From positions 389,908 through 453,907 of the forward strand of contig CAZKJT010000002.1 in NCBI GenBank assembly GCA_964553225.1: a DNA stretch of 64,000 nt, given 5' to 3'. The translations under genes were made by a program, and so were the position numbers. How positions within the stretch are numbered: the first letter of the stretch is position 1; every line of letters starts with the position of its first letter. This stretch comes from an uncultured Planctomycetales bacterium (GTDB lineage: Bacteria > Planctomycetota > Phycisphaerae > UBA1845 > Fen-1342). Positions 18,761 through 26,254 of this stretch are shown piece by piece. Below the pieces are notes generated by a model. That model was not told the origin of the DNA. It made no database searches and saw nothing but the letters and a program-made list of their open reading frames with translations.

Positions 18761-21058
18761 ATGACCACGCAGCGAGTTGCCGCGCTGTTCCGGGACGTCG
18801 CGGCCGGTCTGCACGCCGCACCCGATCAGCCCGCTTCCTGTTTTCGCTGGCTGGCGGAGCGGCTGCTCGATCCCCCGCGCGTCGCCGCCGCGCATCTGGT
18901 CGCCGCGCTGATCGAGCCGGCCGAGCGGCCCGGCGGGGCCGCGACGCGGGTCATCTCGGCCGCCGGAGGCGATGCGCCTGCGCCAGATTCGGCCGCGTTC
19001 CGCGCGTTCGGCCCGGCGTTCGCGATCGGCGATCTGCGCCCCGTCACGCTGAGCTGGTTCGCGGAAGGCGACGTCGTGGCGGGCGTGCCGATACCGGCCG
19101 GCGCTGCCGGGCTGCTCATCCGCGTCCGGCTCGAATACGCGATCGTGTGGACGCTGCTCATCGGCGAGCCGGCGCAGCTCGAGGACGAGCGGGCGCAAGA
19201 GCACGCGGCGATGCTCGAGTCGGTGCTGCCGGGCCTGACGGCGCATTTGAATCCGCGCGATCCAGAGGTCATTCGCCGCGCGTTTCTGTCCGCGCTGGTC
19301 AGCTACGCCCCGGTGCGTCCGGACGCCGATTTCGAGCACGTTTGCCGCGTGTGGCGGGCGGCGACGGGGGCCGATTTCTGCTGGCTGTGGCTGCACAACG
19401 AGCTGACCGGCAACTTCGAGCTGACGGCTTGCTCCACGTCGCGCAGCGGCAGTCGCCCGCTTCCGCCGCAGCGGCAGTCGCCGGGCGAAGGATCGGCCGG
19501 CCGCTACACCAGCCTGTCCGGGCGTCCGGTACGGATCGACGATGTGCGCGCCTGGTCGGCCGACTGGGAAGGGAAGCGATATCGCGTGTTGATGGCCGAC
19601 GCGCTGGTGCAGATGGGTTGTCCGGCGCTGCTGTGCGTGCCGATTCCGGCCCCCGGCGGGGGCGGCGGGCGGTCGAACCTGATCACGCTGCACGCGCGAA
19701 GTCCCGCCGCATTCATTCGGCACAGCGACCAGACGTTGATGACCAAGGGTCGCGCCACGGGCATGTCGATCGAGCTGATCAATCAGATCGAGCAGACGAG
19801 CATCCTGGTCGAGCTGAACCGGCTCGCACAGCGGTTTCTGTCGCAGCCGACCGGGCGTCCGGCGCATCTCCGCGCGCAGTATCTGAAAGCCCTGATCGAG
19901 CTGATTCGGAATCGGCTTCGCGTGTCGTGCGTGTCGGTGTTTCAGCGCGTGGGACCGGAGCCGGAAGTGCGGTGCATCGGCACCAGCGGGTTGACGGACG
20001 TAAAAACCGGGCGGGCGATCGCGGAGGATCGCCTGGCGACCGCGCGGTACCAGAGCGGCGAACGGAACACCGGCACTTGCTTTCAGATGGCGAGGCCGAT
20101 CATCAAAACGCACGACGTCGACGTGAAGTATCGCGAGACGCGCAAGCGAGACGGCAGCGCCGGCGAGAACCCGGCGCTGTACGTCCCCATCCCCGACCCG
20201 CTGAACGAGTATGACGACGGGCGCGCCGCCGGCGTGATCCGCTGTTTCGACCATGTTTCGCCGATGTTCCCGGATACGCTGTCAAACTTCGACGGTACCG
20301 AGGTCGAGAACCTGATCTTCATCGCCGAGCAGGTCGGGCCGGTCCTGCGCACGTTCGAGAACCGATTGCAGCGCGAGCGGACCATCAGCGTGCTCAAGCA
20401 TGATCTGTATGCGCCGCTGTCGATGATGCGCGACACGATCGAATGCCTGCTTCAGGAGCAGGGCGAAAACAAGCCGCTGAACCCGTTCCACCTGCGCGAT
20501 CTTCAAGTTTCAAACCGCGTCACCAGCAGCCTGGTCGAGCAGCTCGATCCGGATCCCGGCGCGGTCCGGGAAGTGAACGCCGTGCCGACCTATCTCGAAG
20601 GCGAGATCGTCGCGCGGTTGTGCGACATGATGGGGCACCTGGCGTGGGGCCAGAAGCGCATCCGCATCCGCTATGACGGCTTCCGCGACATTCCGAGGCT
20701 GCGCATCGACCCGGTGCTGGTCGAGCGCGCCATCTACAACCTCATCACCAACGCGATCAAGTACGCTGCCCCGAGCACGCTCATCGAAGTGCTCGGGCAG
20801 GCCCTGCCGGACGGCACGGGCTACGTCGTTCATGTCACGAATGAGGGCATCGGGATCGACGCCGCCGACCGGCCGCATCTCTTCCGGGCCGGGTTCCGAT
20901 CGCGCCGCGCAGCGCAGGTGGCGATGGGCGCGGGGCTCGGTCTGTCGATCGCCCAGGCCGCGATGCAGGCTGTCGGCGGAGAGATTCGCGTCACGCGGCT
21001 CAATAACCCGACCACCTTCACGTTATACTTCCCCGCGCACCTGAGCGCGACGGGATAG
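18761..21058 (+). CDS. cytoplasmic GAF-domain sensor histidine kinase
   Basis: No TM segments. A long N-terminal sensory region, then HisKA (VLKHDLYAPLSMM) and HATPase_c (IYNLITNAIKYA...NEGIGI...GAGLGLSIA). Confidence 0.85.
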   Translation: MTTQRVAALFRDVAAGLHAAPDQPASCFRWLAERLLDPPRVAAAHLVAALIEPAERPGGAATRVISAAGGDAPAPDSAAFRAFGPAFAIGDLRPVTLSWFAEGDVVAGVPIPAGAAGLLIRVRLEYAIVWTLLIGEPAQLEDERAQEHAAMLESVLPGLTAHLNPRDPEVIRRAFLSALVSYAPVRPDADFEHVCRVWRAATGADFCWLWLHNELTGNFELTACSTSRSGSRPLPPQRQSPGEGSAGRYTSLSGRPVRIDDVRAWSADWEGKRYRVLMADALVQMGCPALLCVPIPAPGGGGGRSNLITLHARSPAAFIRHSDQTLMTKGRATGMSIELINQIEQTSILVELNRLAQRFLSQPTGRPAHLRAQYLKALIELIRNRLRVSCVSVFQRVGPEPEVRCIGTSGLTDVKTGRAIAEDRLATARYQSGERNTGTCFQMARPIIKTHDVDVKYRETRKRDGSAGENPALYVPIPDPLNEYDDGRAAGVIRCFDHVSPMFPDTLSNFDGTEVENLIFIAEQVGPVLRTFENRLQRERTISVLKHDLYAPLSMMRDTIECLLQEQGENKPLNPFHLRDLQVSNRVTSSLVEQLDPDPGAVREVNAVPTYLEGEIVARLCDMMGHLAWGQKRIRIRYDGFRDIPRLRIDPVLVERAIYNLITNAIKYAAPSTLIEVLGQALPDGTGYVVHVTNEGIGIDAADRPHLFRAGFRSRRAAQVAMGAGLGLSIAQAAMQAVGGEIRVTRLNNPTTFTLYFPAHLSATG

Positions 21059-21080
21059 CGCGGCCGCGGCGTTCGGCCGG

Positions 21081-21548
21081 ATGCCCGGGAGGACAGTGCG
21101 CGTGAGCGACCAGAAGCCCGTGATTCTCTTCGTCGATGACGAGCCGGCGTTTGCACAGCGCTACCTGGAGGAGCTGCGCAAGCAGTTCGAGGTGATCTAC
21201 GTCGCCGATGCCAGCGAAGCGCTCGAAGTCATGCGCCAGCGCCTGGGCGAGATTCGCGCCCTGGTCATCGACGTCATGATGCCCACGCCCGAAGGCGTCA
21301 GCGACACCGACACGGACGACGGCTTCGAGACCGGCTTGTGGCTGCTTCAGCAGTTCCGCGGGTACCCGGCCGGCGATTGGCGCATGGGCGTGATCGTGCT
21401 GACCAACCGCCGCACCGACCTCATCCGCGACGGGCTTCGTCGCCGGGGCATTGACGAGCAGGGCGTGCAGATTTACCGCAAGATCGACATGCCGGCGTTC
21501 GCGCTGCCGCGCCGCGTCAAGGGGTTGATCGAGTCGGTGAAACGCTGA
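21081..21548 (+). CDS. single-domain response regulator (CheY-like receiver)
   Basis: ILFVDDEPAF...LVIDVMMP...VIVLTN... carries the receiver acidic pocket. Starts 23 nt after the kinase stop. An alternative GTG start at 21102 has a better-spaced GGGAGGA. Confidence 0.8.
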   Translation: MPGRTVRVSDQKPVILFVDDEPAFAQRYLEELRKQFEVIYVADASEALEVMRQRLGEIRALVIDVMMPTPEGVSDTDTDDGFETGLWLLQQFRGYPAGDWRMGVIVLTNRRTDLIRDGLRRRGIDEQGVQIYRKIDMPAFALPRRVKGLIESVKR

Positions 21549-24354
21549 TCGAGCGCGCGCCGTCCGTTCCCGGAGCGCCCGCAACCACGACCTTGCCGCG
21601 GGCAGACATCGTGCCGACCGAGACCGTCACCGTGTACTCGCCGGGCGAAACCTGCGGCGGCGTCCAGCCATCAGGCGTGGTGATCCGGTCATGCTCCTCG
21701 CACATCAGGTCCCATGCGACGCGATTGATCCCCGTTTGCCCGCCGCCGCTGAGCGAGCGAATCGTGCGGCCGCCCGCATCCGCGATCGAGATCGACACCG
21801 ACTCGTCGGATCGCTCGCGCAGCCAGTAGGTCAGCACGGCGCCGCTTGGCGGGTTCTTCGCGCGAAACAGCCGGTCCGTCCAGAGACCGGCGTATTCCAG
21901 AAAGAACTTCGGGCGGGCGGGCGGCGTCTCGAACAGATGAAGCTCGGACGACATCACCGCGTCGGTCAGCTCACCGAGAGGCCCGGCATCGTCCAGGATG
22001 TAGATCGAACGGCCGTGCGTTCCGACGATGAGATCGAGCTCACGCGGATGCTGGCGGATGTCGTCGATCGGGACGGTCGGCAGCGAATCGCCGTTCATCC
22101 GGACCCAGCGCCGCCCGCGATCGACGGAAACGTACAGCCCGCGCTCCATGCCGACGTACAGCACCGACGGATTGCGAACGTCTTCGCGCACCACCTTTAC
22201 GATGTCATCCGCCGGCAGGGGCGCGTCCGACCCGACGCCGACCAGCGAGACCCAGGATATGCCGCCGTCGGTCGTCATCCACAAGTGCGGCGCGAACTCG
22301 TTGGTTCGATGTCCGTCGAGCGCGACATATGCCGTGTTCAGATCGTGGTGCGACGCCTCGATGCGCGAGACGTATCGTCCGCCCGCTTCCGGAGGCGTCA
22401 CGTTGGTCCAGCTTGCGCCGTCGTCCCGTGTCACGTGAACGAGGCCGTCGTCCGAGCCCGTCCACAGCAAGCCGCGCTCCCGCGACGACTCGGCCAGCGA
22501 GACGATCGTGCAGTGCGTTTCGGCTTCGGAGCCGACCGTTTGCACGCGATCCACGTTGTTCGTCGTCAGGTCCGGGCTGATCCGTTGCCACTGATCGCCG
22601 CGCTCCGTCAGACGGAACAGCGCGTTGCCGCCGAGATAGAGCACGCCCTCGGCGTGCGCGGACACGAGAAACGGGCTGTTCCAGTTGAACCGGTGCCGCG
22701 GCTGTCCTTCCTTCGGCCCCGGCTGAATGTGGCGCACGCGTCCGGTGTCGAGGTGCACGCGATTCAGCTCGCCGCCTTGCCATTCGGCATAGACGATATT
22801 CGAGTCGTGCGGGTCGAATGCCATGTGGAAGCCGTCGCCCCAGCCGACCAGCCGCCAGTCCGCGTTGGTGATGCCTGTTTCGCCGGCCGGATCGTGCCCG
22901 CCGCTGCTCAGCAGAGTCTCGCTCGGGCCGATCCATGTCCCGTTGTCCTGCAAGCCGCCGCCGATTCGATACGGCTCGCTCAGGTCGCAGGCCACGTTGT
23001 AGAACTGCCCGACGGCGATATGGTTCAGGAAATCCCACGTCGCGCCGCGGTCGAACGATTGATAAATCCCGCCGTCGGTCCCCAGCAGCAGGTGGTCGCT
23101 GTCGGCCAGGTCGATGTCGAGCGCGTGCAGGTCTACGTGCGGGGTTCGCGCGCCGCCGGCTCGGAGCGTCCGCCCGCCGTCGTCGGACACATACAGCACC
23201 CAGCCCAGCAGGTAGACGCGCTGGTCGTCGTGCGGATCGACGCGCACTTTCGAGAAGTAGAACGGGCGCGGGTTGTAGTCGTTCACGCGCGTCCACGAAT
23301 CGCCGCCGTCCTCGCTGCGAAACAGCCCGCCGCTGCGCTGTCGATCGTCGAATGGCTCGACACCCGCTCCGCCGAAGTCCGACTCGACGATGGCGTACAG
23401 CACGCGCGGGTTCGCGCGAAAGACATCCAGTCCGATGCGTCCGGTCTGCGGCGGAAGCCCACGGGTCAATTTCGTCCAGTGCTCGCCTGCGTCCGTGCTG
23501 CGATAAATGCCGCCCTGGGGACCGCCGCTGCGAAAACTCCACGGCGTTCGCAGCCGGCTGTACATCGCGGCATAGACGACGTCCGGATTCAGGGGATCGA
23601 CGATCACGTCGCACGCGCCGGTCTCGGCGTCCACGTGCAGCGCCGCCCGCCACGTCTTCCCGCCGTCGATCGTCTTGTAAACGCCGCGCTCCGGGTTCGG
23701 CCCCCACAGCCGCCCCAGCGCCGCGACGTAGCAGACGTCCGGGTCGCGCGGATCCACCGCGATCGCCGGGATTTCGTGCGTAGCCTCCAGCCCGAGATGG
23801 GTGAACGATCCGCCGCCATCGGTCGAGCGATAGACGCCGTGCCCCCACGAGGAGCTGTTTCGGCCGTTCCCTTCGCCGGTGCCCACCCACACGATTTTCC
23901 CGCGACCACGGTCCTCGGCCAGAGGCTGCGAACCCGCCGGACCGGAAGCGGGAGAAGACTGCGGCGCACCCGCATTCTCCACGCTCCATCCGGCCCAACT
24001 GGGCGGCGCGTCGACCACCGCGACCGCGCCGATCGACGACGTGACTTCGTTGTCGAACACCGGCGCAAGCGTCGTGCCGCGGTTGGTCGTCTTCCACAGC
24101 CCGCCCGTGGCGAAACCGACGAAAAAGCACTTCGAATCGCCGGGCGCGAAGCAGACATCTGCGACGCGCCCGCCCATGTTCGCCGGACCCACGCTGCGCC
24201 ACGCCAGCTCTTTCAAATCCGCCGACGCGAGCGTGCGCGGTGGCGAGGACGCCTGAGTCGCGACAGCCGGCACGCGCTCTTCTCCGGCCGCGAGTCCAGA
24301 CAGCGCGACCGCGCTCAGTGTCATCGCCGCAACGCCGTGTCCTCGATGCATCAT
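21517..24354 (-). CDS. secreted BNR/Asp-box repeat glycoside-hydrolase-like protein (sortilin/VPS10-like, GH74-like)
   Basis: Signal peptide, then at least 9 Asp-box motifs (STDGGGSF, TIDGGKTW, STDAGEHW, SEDGGDSW, SDDGGRT, SFDRGATW, TRDDGASW, TTDGGISW, SVDRGRRW). Its 3' end overlaps the response-regulator 3' end by 32 nt (convergent). Confidence 0.8.
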   Translation of the reverse strand: MMHRGHGVAAMTLSAVALSGLAAGEERVPAVATQASSPPRTLASADLKELAWRSVGPANMGGRVADVCFAPGDSKCFFVGFATGGLWKTTNRGTTLAPVFDNEVTSSIGAVAVVDAPPSWAGWSVENAGAPQSSPASGPAGSQPLAEDRGRGKIVWVGTGEGNGRNSSSWGHGVYRSTDGGGSFTHLGLEATHEIPAIAVDPRDPDVCYVAALGRLWGPNPERGVYKTIDGGKTWRAALHVDAETGACDVIVDPLNPDVVYAAMYSRLRTPWSFRSGGPQGGIYRSTDAGEHWTKLTRGLPPQTGRIGLDVFRANPRVLYAIVESDFGGAGVEPFDDRQRSGGLFRSEDGGDSWTRVNDYNPRPFYFSKVRVDPHDDQRVYLLGWVLYVSDDGGRTLRAGGARTPHVDLHALDIDLADSDHLLLGTDGGIYQSFDRGATWDFLNHIAVGQFYNVACDLSEPYRIGGGLQDNGTWIGPSETLLSSGGHDPAGETGITNADWRLVGWGDGFHMAFDPHDSNIVYAEWQGGELNRVHLDTGRVRHIQPGPKEGQPRHRFNWNSPFLVSAHAEGVLYLGGNALFRLTERGDQWQRISPDLTTNNVDRVQTVGSEAETHCTIVSLAESSRERGLLWTGSDDGLVHVTRDDGASWTNVTPPEAGGRYVSRIEASHHDLNTAYVALDGHRTNEFAPHLWMTTDGGISWVSLVGVGSDAPLPADDIVKVVREDVRNPSVLYVGMERGLYVSVDRGRRWVRMNGDSLPTVPIDDIRQHPRELDLIVGTHGRSIYILDDAGPLGELTDAVMSSELHLFETPPARPKFFLEYAGLWTDRLFRAKNPPSGAVLTYWLRERSDESVSISIADAGGRTIRSLSGGGQTGINRVAWDLMCEEHDRITTPDGWTPPQVSPGEYTVTVSVGTMSARGKVVVAGAPGTDGARSISVSPTRSTP

Positions 24355-24470
24355 TGAGTCCTCGCGGAATGGACCGGGAATCCGTGCGAGCTGCTCAGTG
24401 TAGCGGCGTGCGCGGACTCGGCCCACGCGAGCGTGTGCAGAGCGTTCGACGCGCAACGCCGCCGACGCGC

Positions 24471-25343
24471 TCAGCGGTGAGCGACGCCGCTCAACACGCC
24501 CCGCGCGATCCCGGCCAGCTCGGTCATGGAAGAGCCGGATTTCACCGCAGGACTCGCTGGGATCGCCAGGGTCGGGAGTCGTCGGCCTCCCAGCACCAGC
24601 ACCGCATCCTGAAGATGCGGCAGCAGCGCGCGCACCTCAGCGGCGACGTCGATGGCGTTTTCGGTGGCCGAGACCGAGAGCCAAACCAGCCGCGGGCGGT
24701 TCTCCTCGATCGCGGCGATCAGCGCGGCCGACGGCGAGTTCGCCCCCAGATTCAAAGCGTGAAAGCCGATCGACGCCAGCACGGTCGATGCGCAGCTCGA
24801 GGCGATGGCGTATGGATCACCGGCGGGCGATCCCCCGAGCGCAACGGGCGCGTCCGCAGGCGTCGTGAACATCTGCCGGAGCTGATGAATCGCCTGCGCG
24901 CAGAGATCCGTGGCGCGGTGCTCGTAGAAGATGCCGCTGGCGCTGTGCTTCCACAACTCGCCGATGCGCGACATCGCCTCCTGGATCGGACCGTCAACGA
25001 TCGCCTCGACTGACTCGCCCGAAAGGTACATCGCCAGGAGCAGCCCGCGCGCCTCAGCCGCCTGCCCGGTGCGCAGGTACTGAAAGAACCGCTCCGTCTC
25101 GCTGCGCCCGGTCGGGATTTCGCGCCGCACGGCCTCGATGTCGGCCAATCCCAGGATGTCCGGCCGGATGATCGGCGCTTTGGACTCGCGTATGAAGCGG
25201 ATGGCGTCCCAGATCGCGATGCGTCGGTGCCCGCCGGCGGTTTTGGCGGCCGTCACCGTTCCGTCGTCGACCCAGCGCTTGACAGTCGATTCACTCACGC
25301 CGATGACCGCGCCGAGCTCCTTCGGCGAGAGAATGGGTTTCAA
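24471..25343 (-). CDS. MerR/excisionase-type HTH regulator fused to a cobalamin-binding-like domain (CarH/LitR-like architecture)
   Basis: N-terminus LSPKELGAVIGVSESTVKRWVDDG (HTH_17/MerR type). The C-terminal Rossmann-like domain reads ...GDPYAIASS...VWLSVS..., where B12-binding domains have DxHxxG. His is replaced by Tyr. Confidence 0.65.
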   Translation of the reverse strand: MKPILSPKELGAVIGVSESTVKRWVDDGTVTAAKTAGGHRRIAIWDAIRFIRESKAPIIRPDILGLADIEAVRREIPTGRSETERFFQYLRTGQAAEARGLLLAMYLSGESVEAIVDGPIQEAMSRIGELWKHSASGIFYEHRATDLCAQAIHQLRQMFTTPADAPVALGGSPAGDPYAIASSCASTVLASIGFHALNLGANSPSAALIAAIEENRPRLVWLSVSATENAIDVAAEVRALLPHLQDAVLVLGGRRLPTLAIPASPAVKSGSSMTELAGIARGVLSGVAHR

Positions 25344-25678
25344 ACGGCACCTCTTTTGCGTACCGCGGTTTGACGGCGCAGACGGACGCTGCGGCGCTGC
25401 GATGGAGATTGCGCGACAAATGATCTTAACATCATGTAAATAAGCACTTTACAGCCTGTATCTCCGTCGCCGGCACGCCGGCAATCCGACGGCCTGGCGT
25501 CGCTCGCACGATCGTATCGGAAAAATCGGTAGATGTGAACGAAAAAACATTCGCGGCCCGTGCGAGCGGTCGACGCGGTCGAGGCCGTCCGTCGCGCCGC
25601 TTCGCACAATGGACCGGTGGTTGTACGCTGTCCGGTCGCCGAGGAGCCGACGTCAGCGAATCGTTAGAGGCGCATGGA

Positions 25679-26254
25679 ATGACAACGCTCGCTCGTGTCG
25701 CGATTCGATTGGCCACGCCGGTCGATGCCCGAACGCTCGCCCCATTCGCCGAGAGAGTCTTCCGGGCGACATTCGAACGCGATCCGCATCACCGGCCGGA
25801 CGACATGGCGATCTACACGGCCGAGCATTTCTCCGTCGCGCGGATGGAGCGTGAGCTGTCCGACGAAGCGGCGCCGTATCTGCTGGCGGAGTTGGACGGC
25901 GCGCTATTGGGCTACGTGAAGCTCGGCGAAGATCCACCGCCGGCGTGCGTCCGCGCGCGGCGCGCGATGGAGCTGATCCGTCTCTACGTGGACCCGAGCG
26001 TGCACGGTCAGGGCGTAGCGCAGGCGCTGATGTCCGCGAGCATGCGCTACGCCGTCGAGCGCGGCTGCGACGTGATGTGGCTGGGTGTGTGGCGGAACAA
26101 CCACCGCGCACGGCGGTTCTACGAGAAATGCGGATTCCGCCACGTGGGCGAGCACCCGTTTCAATTCGGCAGCGCGCTTCAGGCGGATGAGGTGTACTTC
26201 CGCTCGGTCGATGAATTGTCCACCGGTGCTGTCGCGGGCGCGTCGGCGTCCTGA
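25679..26254 (+). CDS. GNAT-family N-acetyltransferase
   Basis: LIRLYVDPSVHGQGVAQALM...RFYEKCGFRHVG is the acetyl-CoA binding motif A/B. Start set at MTTLARV inside the track ORF. Confidence 0.8.
   Translation: MTTLARVAIRLATPVDARTLAPFAERVFRATFERDPHHRPDDMAIYTAEHFSVARMERELSDEAAPYLLAELDGALLGYVKLGEDPPPACVRARRAMELIRLYVDPSVHGQGVAQALMSASMRYAVERGCDVMWLGVWRNNHRARRFYEKCGFRHVGEHPFQFGSALQADEVYFRSVDELSTGAVAGASAS

Noticed and set aside
18212-20254. 680-aa minus-strand ORF (one of many long ORFs: 13566..14924 -, 22205..24202 -, 21691..24357 +, 7026..8141 +, 9029..10234 +, 10636..11784 -, 11824..13092 +, 28791..30095 +, 46203..48152 +).
   Set aside because: All are antisense to or frame-shifted against genes with clear family signatures. 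Their translations are Arg/Ala/Gly/Pro-rich with no motifs, which is the expected stop-codon-poor shadow ORFs of a genome near 70 % GC.
21517-21548. 32-nt convergent overlap between the response-regulator and BNR-hydrolase 3' ends, as a possible annotation error.
   Set aside because: Both stops are supported by domain completeness (receiver domain complete; BNR protein C-terminus of normal composition). A short convergent overlap is plausible, so it is noted but not treated as a finding.
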